Of a stretch of 64,000 nucleotides of DNA, positions 25,163 to 38,494 are shown piece after piece. Where the stretch lies: the NCBI GenBank assembly GCA_963693365.1, contig CAVNZM010000004.1, positions 14,506,524 to 14,570,523 on the forward strand, written 5' to 3'. Origin of the DNA: Amoebidium appalachense (Eukaryota > Protista > Ichthyosporea). The stretch's first letter is position 1, and each line of letters begins with the position of its first letter. Both the position numbers and the translations under genes were made by a program. The notes under the pieces are model-generated. The model did no database searches and was not told the origin of the DNA. It was given only the letters and a program-made list of their open reading frames with translations.

Positions 25163-26237
25163 TCAGAAGTCACCCTGCTGCTGATTGGCTGTGCCTGTGG
25201 GGCAACCATGAGGGTCAATACACATCCTACTCCCTATTGGTCAATACCCATCCTACTCCCTATTGGTAAATACACATCCTACTCCCCTATTGGTAAATAC
25301 ACATCCTACTCCCTATTGGTCAATACCCATCCTACTCCCTATTGGTAAATACACATCCTACTCCCCTATTGATCAATACACATCCTACTCCCTATTGGTC
25401 AATACACATCCTACTCCCCTATTGATCAATACACATCCTACTCCCTATTGGTCAATACACATCCTACTCCCCTATTGATCAATACACATCCTACTCCCTA
25501 TTGATCAATACACATCCTACTCCCTATTGGTCAATACACATCATACTCCCTATTGGTCAATACACATCCTACTCCCCTATTGATCAATGCACATCCTACT
25601 CCCTATTGATCAATACACATCCTACTCCCCTATTCGCACGTACCCATCTACTCCCCTATTCGCACATACATCCCTGCCCGTGCTCACTTTCTCTCCCACA
25701 ACCACCTGTAACACATCCTTGCTACCTGGCGTGCGAATGCACATAGACTTTTCGCACACACAAGCAAAGGCCCTTCAACCACCCACACACAACCACACAG
25801 GCAGACACACGCCCCACGGAGAATCCAGCGTGCACGCACACACACAGTTAAACACATTGGAACACTGTGAAGAACTTGATGCTGACCCCCCCCCCAAAAA
25901 AAAGGGAAGGGGAAAACAAAAAAAACCACCCGACGAATTAGTCTGCCTGTTAGTGCATGTGCAACCGTGTGTTTACAAGGACGGATGAGTATGTATGTGT
26001 ACGTCAGCTCGAATGCGCTTGTTTGTGTGGGTGAACATGTGTGTGTAGAAGTGCCCAAGTGACTGTGTGTGTGTGTGTGTGTGACTCTGTTATGTGGATG
26101 TGCGCCTGTGTGTAAATATGTGTGTTGATGCCTGTACTAAGTCAGTGTGCTGGTGGATGTAAGCGTGTGTGGCCGTGGGTGTGTCGGAGTTTGTTTTCGT
26201 GCTTGTGTGCTTCGTTTGTAAGCGCACAAACCCATGC

Positions 26238-26302
<65 letters not shown>

Positions 26303-26348
26303 GGCGCGCGTGTGTGTATGTGCGTGTGCGCGTCTGCGTGCCTGCGTG

Positions 26349-26413
<65 letters not shown>

Positions 26414-27904
26414 CCCTACCCTTGCCGTCACAGGCCACGATTTTCACCAGATCACACTCCACGTTCTCACCCTCGGACCTGAAGTTTGCATTCTGCAGAA
26501 TAAACGTCCACACGTTGTCGCAGAACCGGTACGTGTGCAGTGACCCCTGTGCCCTTGCCATCAGCACCTTACCCTTCCCTACCACTTTCCGTCTCTTTCC
26601 TGCCGCCACAGCCAACTACCCACTGAAGTCACACATATTACAGATGCCTGCTCACTCCCTTCTCCCCATTTCCCTCCTCCCTCCCTCCCCCACCCCCTAC
26701 CCCCCTCCCACTCTTGCCCCTTTCTCCGTGCTGCAGGCCACCAACACACATCCACACACTTCCACCAACACCAACCAACCCACTTCCCTACTCATTGGCC
26801 CACCAGCCAGACAGAGTCATCTATGTACGGTCCCACCGTCCATCCACAACCACCCACCCTCCAAACCACCCACCCACCCGCCACAAAACCATACCCATAA
26901 GCGCACATTGTCCCCTTGCTTCTTTCATCCTTCCCCTTTTCCCACACCTTGCCATCTACATTCATACAACCACTCCAATTTTCAACCAAACAAAGCCTGT
27001 TTCTCTAGCTTTGTGCATGCATCCCCAATTTCCCGAACAGACACACACAAGCCAGACGATCTGGATGCCACGGAGCGAAATTCTAACAACTAACCGCGGT
27101 GTGCCTGTGCGCCCTAACACGGTAACAGCACACGTCCTCACACAGTATCATATCCTTGCAGTAGCAGTGCAGCAGAAAAGACGGATAGCGGCTAAAAAAG
27201 GCACACAGAACATGTCCACGCACCGAGACACACAAACCACAACGGCACATGCGCAACAAAAGGAGGTTTCAGGCACACAGAGGTGCAACACTGGAGGAGG
27301 GCAGCAAAGAAAACGAGAAAGCGAGCAACTGGTGAAGTGCACAGGCTTCTACTTTCTTCACTACCCCACAGCCAGTTCCACCGATTGACCACTGCAGCTA
27401 GGCCTTCCTTCAACTCTGCCTCCCCCCTCCCCAGGCTCCCCAAAACCCTCCGTTTTCTTGTTTTGGAAACATCTTAACCCCTTTCTGTCCTACATCAAAA
27501 CCCTCCGTTTTCTTGTTTTGAAAACATCTGAACCCCTTTCTGTCCTACATCAACCTCTCTGTGCTACCTTTTTTCGGAAAATGGAGAGCACACATAGACA
27601 CACCCCTACCGAAGCCGAAGCAGGCAACAGGGTGGGTGGTTTGCAGCACAGCACATACGGAGGCACGCCAAAATAGCATAACCCGAGCAAAAAAGCAGGA
27701 AAGGGCACTGCATGTTACCTTGAAGTTTGTCTTAGTGCGTGCCCTGGTAGCCAGTAAGGTGTTTATGCTCCTGTCGAACTGCAGCAGCACCTTCATAGCA
27801 AGTTGGGGGTTGAGTTGCTGCGTCTGGATAAGCTCGTCCAGGCTGTCGGAGAGAGACTGGCCAAGCGTGGTCTTGCGGTACAGCGCATAGTTACGGTCAC
27901 CCAT
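25163..27904 (-). CDS. GTF2A2: General transcription factor IIA small (gamma) subunit
   Basis: Exons 27719-27904 ([27 protein letters not shown]...[11 protein letters not shown]), 26420-26546 ([15 protein letters not shown]...VKIVACDGK) and a probable terminal exon 25163-25194 ([10 protein letters not shown]). A probable 5'UTR intron spans about 27924-28003 with a pyrimidine tract and CAG. Confidence 0.93.
25214..25670. repeat. 26-27 bp minisatellite (~16 copies) in TFIIA-gamma intron 2
   Basis: Unit aatacacatcctactccc(c)tattg(g/a)tc repeated head-to-tail with no spacers, degenerating after about 25635. Confidence 0.95.
27442..27553. repeat. 55-bp tandem duplication in TFIIA-gamma intron 1
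   Basis: aaaaccctccgttttcttgttttg(g/a)aaacatct(t/g)aacccctttctgtcctacatc x2. Confidence 0.9.
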
Positions 27905-28115
27905 GGCGCTAATGCTGGTAGTCCTGTAAGAGGAAAACGAGAAAACAAAGAGAACCTTTCAGACTAAATGCACTGTGGGATCCTGGTGACGGCAGTTATA
28001 TACTTGCGACCCGCAAGCCAGTGACCCGAAAACCCCTGACCCGGATCGGTATGTCAGCAAGTGTCTTCCTCGGAATGTAAAATCATTCAATCGGAAGAGT
28101 CCAACCTAATTGAGT

Positions 28116-28191
28116 CCAATAGGATCAAAGTTGGTGACGTCAGAGGTAGGGCGGGACCAATCAAACGGGGCTCACAAAGGGGGTATATAAA
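28116..28191. promoter_or_regulatory. Bidirectional promoter between TFIIA-gamma and the Kelch gene
   Basis: CCAAT 28116-28120, TGACGTCA 28135-28142, GGGCGG 28149-28154, CCAAT 28157-28161, TATATAAA 28184-28191, between divergent starts (27904 and about 28550). Confidence 0.65.
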
Positions 28192-28549
28192 CACACTGCT
28201 CAGTTGTGTTTTGCATCACACTCGGTGTTTGTTTTGGAGCCGACTTGAACAGAGAAAAGGGCTAACGAGGTGGACTCACGAGCATGCCCTCTGCTAGCGT
28301 GTACTGAGTGGGACTAAAAAGGAGCTAGCACAGAGGGAGACTAGTTTGCACATACGCAGCTACACGTGGGCCTGTTAGGGCGTTTCGCGTTTGCCGCGTG
28401 TTGTTGCTGTCAGCACACGCGTCTCTCTGTGTGTTGGGCCCAGGTTCCAAGGCCAGCCTTCGTTTTGTGGCCGCAGAGGACACGATGGGCGGCCACTCTA
28501 CGCTTGGCCCTGTATGGAACACACCAGAAGACTAGCTAAAAATAGGACT

Positions 28550-29974
28550 ATGGCCCTGTGGACCTGCGATGTGCCCGCCCTGGGCGAGAGACCCGACCCC
28601 TGCACCGGCCACATAGCCGCCATATATGGCAGGTGGGTGTGCCTCGCCTGTTCGCTTGTGGGTGCCCATAACTGTAGTGATGGTTAGGGGCGGGCAGAGT
28701 TGTGGGGGACTTGTCTTGTTTGCTATAAAGTACTTGTTGCTGTAGTTAGGCCCCTCCAATGGGCCGGCCAACACAGGGGTAGCTGTGCTTCGTTGGAGTG
28801 GGTCAGGGTTGGATAACGTGTACACGGTTAGCTGTACACGGTGTCGTGGGATGAGTAGGTGGGTGCAACTACGTGCTATGTTTGACGGGTGCGTGGGTAA
28901 ATTAGTGGAAGGGTGAGTGATAGGTCATTGGATGGACGGATTGATAGAGTGGCCTGGGTGCTTCGATGAGAATGCGCTTGGGTTAGCCGTGTGCTTAGGT
29001 GGCGGGCAGGTGGGTTAGTGGGCCTGGGCGGCCTGGGTGGGCGAGGTGGGTGGGTGGCCGTGTGTGTGTGCTGACCCACACAGCAGGGAGATGATAGTGT
29101 GGGGCGGGTTTACGTTCAGAGACGTTGACGACCTGACAGCGCCCGTGCACACCTTCAACCTGGGTATTGGCCCCCTGCCTCCCCCCTCCTTCCCCCCACG
29201 CATACACCCACCCTGTTGTCCACTACGAGGGCATATTCCACCCCATACAAGTGCAGTCGGCCTTTATTCTTCTGTGAGGGTGCTGCCGACAGCATATATT
29301 ACTGCTGTGCGTTTCAAACGTCTGTTTCGGTTTCTCAAGGTTTCCGTTCAGTTAGGCCAGGGTTTGGTTGAAAGGCAGAGGACAGAGTGCATTAAAGGAG
29401 ATCTTTATTGTGGGGGTTTCCATAAGGGGGCTACGTGGCACAGGCGCACACACTAATGCTGAATGGGTGGGCAGACGAGAGGAGGTGGCGGGTGCTGAAG
29501 ACACAGGGGGATGTGCCCAGGCGCCGGTCAGGTGGGTTAGGGCACCTGTCTGGGTGGGTTGGTGTTCCTGCCTGTAATAGAGTGGGTGTTGATACAGACA
29601 TGGGTGTGTTGTAATACTATGATACATTATTGATGTGCATGCGCATACATAAAAATGTGTAAATACACGAATTAATGGGCTAACTGCATACATAAATGGG
29701 CCCTGTAACATATGTGCATAGATGAATAGGGGTATATACATACATCAGTAGGTGTGGTAGACATCTTGGAGTGGGAGGTGTCGAATGTTAACAGTGCATC
29801 GTTTGCCGTGTAAGCGGAACTATAAGCGGAATTGTATGTAGTCAAAGTACAGACCACATATCCCTAAGTAGGGCATTAGTGAAATGCACCTTGTGTGTAT
29901 GCATACTTGGCGGGCTGTCTACAAGTGCCCACATGTGTGTGTGGGCGTGTGCTCGTGTTTGTGTGCGGGGGGAA

Positions 29975-30006
<32 letters not shown>

Positions 30007-30599
30007 GGGGGGGGGTTATAGGCCACCAATGCGCTGAGCTTGGCCTGTGCACGTGCAGGGGCAGTCGGGCTCGTGCACAGGGGCACTCTGTACGTCTTTG
30101 GGGGCTGGTGCCGGGCCAGTGGGCACACGGCCACCATGCTTGCACTGTGCCTGCACACAGGCACATGGTCACGTGTCGAGTACAAGGTGCGTGTGTCTGT
30201 GCACGTGCATGTCCTCACATGGCAGCAGCATGCACATGCTTGTGACGGAGGCTCTTTTGGCGTTTGGCATTTAGCCGAAGAGCTTCTCTGGTGAGGTCTG
30301 CAGAAATAAAGAACAAGTGGGCCCGTGTAGTTAAGTGGCTGGAAGATAGTATGAGGAGGTAGGGGCAGTAGGGTGGGAAGAAAGGGGAGGGGGGGGGGGG
30401 GACTGGGCTTTCATTTATGATTTTTTTTGTTGGGGGGCGGGGGGGGGGAGGGGGGGGGGGGGGGGGGGGGTCGGTTGTTGGTGTAGAGGGGGCATGCATG
30501 GGCGCATCATCGGGCTGACTGGTTGCTGGGTGCAGGGCACACTGAGACCATCCCCAAGGGACAAGCTGGCTGGATTCGTCTACGAGGTGGGTGATAGCT

Positions 30600-30632
<33 letters not shown>

Positions 30633-31713
30633 TTTGTTGTTTTTTTTTTTCCGGGGGGGGGGGGGGGGGGGGGGGGAGGAGGGGGGGGGGGGGGGAGGGG
30701 GGGGGGGGGAGGGGAGGGGGGGGGGGGGCAGACGGGCAGGGGGGCATGATGGGATAATGCTGGGTGACGAAAGTGGAAGGAGGAGGGGGGGGGGGGGGGG
30801 GGGGGGGCAGAGCCAGTGGCTTGGCTTGTGCTGTACGTGCAGTGAGGCAGCATGCCGCCCTGCTGACTTGCCACCGATCACATGCAGGACCGGCTGTACT
30901 ATTTTGGGGGCTGGGGCCCACGTGAGGGTGTGCATGCACATCACTTCGAGAAGAGTGCGGGAGGGCTGGGTGATCTGGGCTGGAACAACGAGCTGTGGTG
31001 CTTCGACCCGGCCCAAAAAGACTGGGCCCGAATCGAAACCACGGGCATCCCGCCATCCCCCCGTGCGGCACACACGTTCACGCTGGTGGGGGCCAGTGGG
31101 TTTGTGTTTGGCGGCAGGGACAGAGGGGGCAGGCAGGCGGGCCTGCACTGTCTGCACGTGCCCACGGCCACGTGGCTGGGCCCAAAGGGGCTAACGACAC
31201 ACGGCCATGTGCCCTGTGCAAGGTGCGGGCCCAATGCCTGCCTGCTCCCCCCCCCCCCCACCTCTCTGTCACCTTGTGGATAGCCCCGGGAAGGGGGGCG
31301 GGGGGTCAGTATGGATGGTATGGCTGGGCAGAGGCGTATGGTAGAGGCCCATATCATATCCACCCTGGATGTGGGTGATGATGCATTTCGGGCCTCTCTT
31401 CCTGCTGCAGGTGTAGTGATGTCTGCATGTGTGCCCATCCTCTCCTCGAGGACATCTACACATTTTTTGCCATTCTGTGCCATCTCTTGCACCTTGCAAG
31501 GCTCCAGCATTTTCTTGATTGAGCATGCAACACCCCCCCCCCCTCCCCCCCCTCCCCCCTCAAACAAAGAAAAAACAAAAAAAAACACCCCACCACCTCG
31601 TAGACACCATGGTATATTGTGTTGAGACGCACACACGAATAGATACATAGACTCACACGCACGCACGCACGCACACCTGCATTCACGCACGCACACGCGC
31701 TCACACACACAAA

Positions 31714-31772
<59 letters not shown>

Positions 31773-31947
31773 AATACACACACACACACACACACAAATA
31801 CACACACACACGCGCGCTCGCACAAATACACACACACACACAAATACACACACACACACACACATACACACAAATACACACACACACACACACACAAATA
31901 CACACACACCTGCATTCACGCACACACACACACTCACACACACAAAT

Positions 31948-31978
<31 letters not shown>

Positions 31979-32013
31979 CACACGCACAAATACACACACA
32001 CACACACACAAAT

Positions 32014-32045
<32 letters not shown>

Positions 32046-32075
32046 ACAAATAAACACACACACACACACACACAA

Positions 32076-32153
<78 letters not shown>

Positions 32154-33063
32154 CGTGGCACGTGGCCACTGCCCTAGGGCCGACACGTCTTCTCGTGCAG
32201 GGAGGGCTGAGTCAGGGGGATGTTGGGGGGGAGGGCACGGGGCTTGGAGATGCATGGGTGTACGACACACAGACAGGCACGTACACGGCCCTGGCCCCCT
32301 GCCCCAACCCTCGCCTGTGGCACACGGCCTGCTATGGCCCTGAGACCGGCACGGTGCTGTTCTTTGGTACGTGGCCCCCTGTGTGCGTGCGCATGTCCGT
32401 GCGCTCTATCTGGCCATGTGGCCGGGGTGTGTGCTGCATTTGTGTCTGCTTTGGCCCACTTTCCTGATTGGGCCGGGTCACTCACGGGTCGGGCCACAGG
32501 GGGCCGGTCCAGTAGCAGTGGGGGCAGTGTAGGACACAGTGAGGTCAGTGGGCTGCGCACACGTGTCCCCACACTGAGAGGGCTGGCTGCAAGACACGTG
32601 CTGGCTGCGGGGGTGGCTGCTAGGAGTGACTTCGGGTACGTGGCCTTTTTTTTTGTGTGTGTGTGTTTTTTGTGTGTGTGTTGGGGGCGGGGCACCGGGA
32701 GAGGGGGGAGGTGTTTTGCATAGAAAACGGAATGAAGGAAGCAATTGGGGGCAGGGGGAGGGGAGGGGGTAGGGAGAGGGGGGATTGGGAGAGGGGGGGG
32801 GGGGGAGGGGGGGTGGTTGGCTGCAGGGCCTACCATTGACAATTAACAAGCACGTGCACTGACCCCCCCATCCCCCCAGACCCAAGGACCTGCATGCACT
32901 GGGCCTGCCCTTAGAGCTGATTGGCTTACTGCTGCTGGCCCTGCCCCAGGCCAGGCACGAGCACAGTGCGAGGTGGACACACAGACAGGCGGCCGAGGAT
33001 GGGTCCCCTCAGAGGGTAATGCGTGCTAGGCACGTGCAGGGAGTACAATGCCCCGTCAGCTAG
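28550..33063 (+). CDS. Kelch-domain protein with C-terminal BC/Cullin box (KLHDC2/KLHDC1-like), 9 exons
   Basis: Exons 28550-28632 (alternative in-frame ATG at 28514), 29087-29163, 29475-29531, 30059-30186, 30536-30586, 30888-31222, 32152-32366, 32500-32635, 32880-33063, phase-consistent. Kelch GG motifs MIVWGG, LYVFGG, PSPRDKLAG..LYYFGG, GWNNELWCFD, PSPRAAH..FVFGGR, RSWH, PRLWHTAC. VPTLRGLAARHV...LGLPLELI resembles a BC box plus cullin box. Confidence 0.88.
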
Positions 33064-33428
33064 CTGAAAGCTGGAGTCAACACACATGCACATATACACA
33101 CTTACACACACACCTCTGTGTCTTTGCACAAACATACACACACACTCTCTCTCTCTCTCTCTCTTTCACGGACGCGCGTGCGAGCACCAACACGCGCGCG
33201 CGCGCGCACACACACACAGACAGACACATGCACATGCACACATGGCGCACACACACAGATCGTATGACAGCAATCACTAGTGCGCACATGCACACTAAAC
33301 CTGTGTGATACACGACGACGAATCGAATGTCAATAAACAGACGCGTGTTTTGTTTGCCTCATGTGACTTTCTTGGCCGCCCAGACATCATTTGGACTGGA
33401 CCACTCCTCTAGGGCCTGAAGTTTGCTT

Positions 33429-33730
33429 GTGATTGGCTGGTTGGCGGACACGGTTAGATGTGATTGGTCCATCTGGTGTATTATGATTAGCCCGTGGTGA
33501 TGTATGGCATTATGACTGGGCGACGTTTACAAATTCGTGTGTGGAATTTATTAGGTGATGTGGTTGGCCCACTGGCGTATGGAAATATAAATTAGGTGAT
33601 GTGATTGGCCCACTGGTGTGTCAATTAGGTTATGTAATCCCCCTGATGTATGGATTTATAATTAGGTTACGTGATTGGCCCCCTGATGTATGGAATCATA
33701 ATCAAAAGATGTGATTGGTCCATTTGATCT
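33429..33730. repeat. Degenerate ~40-bp repeat array containing GTGATTGG (reverse CCAAT)
   Basis: Recurring attaggt(g/t)atgtgattggccc(a/c)ctg(g/a)tgtatgga units, about 7-8 copies. Confidence 0.75.
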
Positions 33731-34278
33731 AGGAAATTATTAGATATATTTTCTTGTTGATGTATGATGTGAGAATCCATGAAGGCTGCCTGTGGTTGGT
33801 GTGTGCTGGCAGACGGATGTGACTCTCCCCCCAGTAAGGCACTAAGCTTAACCATGGTTTCGTGTTTTTGGCAACTTTCATGCTGCCTCTCGCTAGATTT
33901 GGAACCATGCTGTAGATGTGCACATGTGGTGCCCATTTTTACACAGATAAATGCACATACATATAGATCATAGATAGACGAGCGTACCAGCGGTGGATCA
34001 GTTGTGATTGGTGCTATCGCTTTTGTCAATAAGCTGTATCATACACTCTGCGCCAGATCCCCCCCCCCCCCCCCCCCCCCCCCAACTTCGAATTCTCGGC
34101 GCCCCAGGCCACCGCCCTGCCCCTCAAAGAAATACCCATCAACCCAAGCACCTTTTTCATCATCACTATCATGCAAACCATTAACCTTGTCCGCAAGTTG
34201 GCCTTAAGAGTTTTCCGGTGTGTGTGTGTGCTTTTATGTGGTGGTGATGGTGATGGTGATGGGTAAATGGGCGTAGGG

Positions 34279-34348
<70 letters not shown>

Positions 34349-34531
34349 GGGGGAGGGACAGCCAAATAATTAAATGCCTCAGATCCTAAATTGTCTGTTG
34401 AATTCTTTATTTATTTTCTGCCCCTGTTCCCTCTCTACAGCATACGCTCGCTCTCTCACATGAATTCATGGGTATACGTGCAGACGCATGTATTTGTGTG
34501 TGTGTGTGCGTGTGTATGTATCTTGGTGGCA

Positions 34532-34577
<46 letters not shown>

Positions 34578-34609
34578 ATGGGTGGGTGGGTGGGTGGGTG
34601 GGTGCGGAT

Positions 34610-34675
<66 letters not shown>

Positions 34676-34980
34676 CTGTGTGTGCGCGCGCGCTCATGGC
34701 GACGTCTGTTTTTGCTTTGAGGGAGGCTGGGGGAGAGGGGGGGAGGGGGGGGTCGCCAAAACCGCGAGCGAGACGGACACTGGTCTGTACGAGGAACAGA
34801 GGGGAATGTATTTGCCACGTGGCACTGTCGATGATACGAAATATGATTTCCTAATTTGGAACAAACACCTTTCACATGCACCAGGTCTAGACAGCCGCCA
34901 CTGGCAGCCACACAGTCTACGCACAAAGTTGCCTCCAACACTATAACGGCATATGTATGCTTTACAACATTTGCATTAAG

Positions 34981-35110
34981 TTTATTAAGTTTCCACCCCA
35001 ACCCATGAACTAAATGCATACAGCACACACCCAAATGGAACATTCCACACAAGAACGGGAGCATATAATCCCCCCCCCCCCCCCCCCCCCCACACCCACC
35101 CACACCCATC

Positions 35111-35141
<31 letters not shown>

Positions 35142-35437
35142 ACAAAAAAAAAAACACCTTAAAAAAAAAAAAAAGGATCACGAAAAAAAGGAAGAAAAAT
35201 AATCAAGGTCAGAAACCCTAACCATAAGAAAAATGCCACAAAATACATCACATTTATTAAGTTTCCACCCCAACCCATGAACTAAATGCATACAGCACAC
35301 ACCCAAATGGAACATTCCACACAAGAACGGGAGCATATAATCCCCCCCCCCCCCCCCCCCCCCCCCCCCCACACACACCCACCCACACCCACACCCACCC
35401 ACACCCACATCCACACCCACCCACACCCATCCCCCCC

Positions 35438-35468
<31 letters not shown>

Positions 35469-35552
35469 ACACACACAAAAAAAAAAAAAACACCTTAAAA
35501 AAAAAAAAAGGATCACGAAAAAAAGGAAGAAAAATAATCAAGGTCAGAAACC
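34981..35552. repeat. Direct duplication of ~240-300 bp
   Basis: 34981-35217 and 35253-35552 share tttattaagtttccaccccaacccatgaactaaatgc...ggatcacgaaaaaaaggaagaaaaataatcaaggtcagaaacc and differ mainly in C-run and CA-run lengths. Confidence 0.9.
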
Positions 35553-36688
35553 ATACGACCGTGCACTCTTATCAGTTCCAAAACGCAAATTGAGAAACAA
35601 ACAAGGACGATTACCGTATCCAAAAAAAAGGCAAAACTATTGCATCAAAACAGGAGGAGGATTGTATCGTCGATATGAAAAACGATAGCCACCAACTATG
35701 CACTAAACTTAGGCCAGCCCCAACCAACAAATCACCCTAAACCAACCACTGCAAATACTCATACTGGTGTAGGTATTTTTGCAGCCACCCCTACGACTCT
35801 GCAACCCCCCTAAACCCATGCAAGGCCATGCAGCCACAAGACCCATACACCTGTCAGGACAACCAGTGTGAGCAAATGACTTGTTTCTGTACCCAAACAC
35901 AGCTCCCCCCCTTCCCCCCCCCCCCCCCCCCCCCCCCCCGTCACCCTCACCCACCCACCCATCCACCCCGGGGCCCACCCACCCACTCCCAACCCTTTCC
36001 ACGAACACACACAAACCCCAACTGCCCCCTGCTTTGCCCCTCTCTCAACCTCCTAAAGCACTCAAAAGAAGCCAGCCCTCCTCCCCCTCCCCCTTCCCCC
36101 CTCCCCCTCCTTCCCTCGCTCCCCCCCCCCCCGCCCCCCTCCCCCTCCCCCTCCATGCATAACCATGCACACCAATGTCTACTCGATGCCAACGCATCAG
36201 CTATCACAACTGTGTATTCAAAGCACATGCAAACATAATCACACGAACAAACACCACCAGAGCCCCCCCCCCCCCCCCCCCCCCCCCCTTCCTCCTCTGC
36301 GTACACACAAGCACAAACTAAACCGTATGACACAACCACACGTACACACACGCACACACACACACACACACACGCACGCACAATATGTAGCAGAAGAGCA
36401 ACCATTCTTGGTGTGCATGGGTTTGCATGTTCTCATAATGAGGTGTGAATGGGGGGTAAGGGGTGGAGTGGGCTGGCGGGGTACAGTGGTTGGGTTGGGA
36501 TTATTAGTGTGTGTGTGCGTGTGTGTGCGCACGTGTGTGTGTGCGTGTGTGTGTGTGTGTGCTTGCGTGCGTGCATGTGCATCCCTGTGTGTACCTGCCT
36601 GCGCACACGTGTGTGATTATGTCATAAGGGAGGGAAAGGGCGGGAGGGAGGGAGGGGGGGGGGGGGGGGGAGGATTGTTACCGGCCAT

Positions 36689-38494
36689 TCACTCCTGATC
36701 CCTCGACTGCACTGCCCGTTTAAGTTCCTCCACTCTCTCCTCCGATTGCTGCCGCTCTTCATCTGACAGCCGGAAGAAAAAATCACTATACACGTGATGG
36801 TGGGTTGAATCGAGCGTTAGGTTTGGGCACGTGGCAAGCACCGTGCAGTCGAGGTCGGGGTTGCCCCCAATCACTACAAGCTGCAAATTCTGGTGGTTGC
36901 GAAAACACTCGATGTTTTGCAGGTCGGGTAGGTTTTGCAGGGTCAGTGACCGGATGGAGGGTATACCACCGAGTGCCGATATGTCGGAGAGGGAATGGCA
37001 AGAGGGCAACCGTACGGTCACAAGGGATGGCGCATAGAGGGGTCCCTCCACAAACCCTTCGAGGCGGTAGCAGTCTTTGATCTGTAGCGACTTCAAACGG
37101 CGGTGGTTGAGGGGTGGAAAGGCAACCAGAAAGTAGAGATCACTTAGTTCTAGGTGGGTTAGGGAGGGGAATTTGCTAGTGCCGTGACACTAATCAGGCC
37201 CTCACACCTCCAAAGTACAACATGCGACACTGCCGGGGCGTAGATGCCGTCTTGCTCGTCGATAGGATGGTGAGGTTATCCACAGTCCTGCAGTGTGATG
37301 GTGAGCAGGTGGGGGTGGTTGAGTGCAAACAGTGAATCGAGACTTAGATACCGTAGGGTGATGGTCTGGAGACTGGAAACATGTTGCAACCCCGTAATGT
37401 CTGTGAGAGGCGAGCAGACTTCGATCATAATCTCTTCCAATTGCGGTGCACATGCATTGTCCCCCCCCAAACACGTCCAGTGCCTCGCAATGACAAAAAG
37501 AAATGGTGCGTAAATTTGGGTGGTTGAGTGGGAATGACGTGAACTCCTGCCCCGACTCACCGAGGTAGATAGAGACAGCCGATGTCGCCATGCTGATGCT
37601 GTTGTCTATATTTGGGCAACACTCGACCGTTAACTCTTTAAGGTTGTGGCAAAACGACAGGCCACTCACATCCCTTAAGAGTTGGCAGCGGGAGAGGGCC
37701 ACCACCGAAAGATGGCTGCATGGGGAGGAGGAAACAATGGCCCGGAGCATATTTGCATGTGTAAGGTCGAGGGATTGTAGGTGGGGGTGATTGCCTAGCA
37801 ACCAATCAGTAGCAGCCTCGATCTCGTGGGGGGTAAACGAGACAGACCTGCCCCGGTCATACACTAGTAGGTCTGTGAGCCCACCTAGCCGGCCAAACAC
37901 ATCAAACGATGTGTGACCGTTGAAAACACGAAAAGAGCGGAGGGTGTGTGCGTGGCTTGCCACGAGGGATGCAATCAACCCATCCGCCACCGACGGCCTG
38001 TCGGGTTGATACAGTTGCACTTTGGAGTAGCGGCCGTTCACTTGCGTAAGAATGGTTGCTTACTTTGCTGAACACACCGGACTCGGAAACCTTCCCAAGC
38101 CGCGGAATATGACGTGTATAAACGTCGGGTCCACAAGAGACAGTACCGTGCACAGGCAATCATATCGAGCCTCTTGCTCGTGTGCCGTAGATGATTGGCT
38201 GACAACACCAAAGACAAACCGATCCACGTCGATTACTATCTCCCCCACAGCCCCCACCCACGGCCTCGACGTCTCCAACTCTCTCCAAACTGCGTCCAAT
38301 GAAATTTCACTGATGTCTTCGGGCTCTTCGCTGCTTGCTCTGCCCGGTATGCGGTTGGTTATTGGGCCAGCCTCCGGATACCGAGTGATTTTGGTGAAGT
38401 GGCGGCATACCAGTGAAAAGGCAAGTCTCGGTGGTAGGTAGGTTGTGTAGGACTATAAATAGGAGCTCTGGGGGGAGGTGGTAGAGGGGGCCAT
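36689..38494 (-). pseudogene. Disrupted F-box / leucine-rich-repeat gene
   Basis: F-box LYHLPPELLFIVLHNLPT../RLAFSLVCRHF is split by a frameshift near 38428. In-frame TAA at 38060-38062. Further frameshifts near 37465, 37270 and 37170. LRRs LQSLDLT, LKELTVECCPNI, LQTITLRYLSL, LKSLQIKDCYRL, IRSLTLQNLPDL. An acceptor cag at 38495-38497 suggests an upstream exon. Confidence 0.8.

Noticed and set aside
25214-25670. CRISPR-like array (also 50566-50935 and 17001-17195)
   Set aside because: Head-to-tail repeats without unique spacers, inside eukaryotic introns, with no cas genes
29761-29809. Alternative Kelch exon 3 candidate (DILEWEVSNV...)
   Set aside because: Donor phases are incompatible with the next exon, whereas 29475-29531 fits both phase and Kelch pattern
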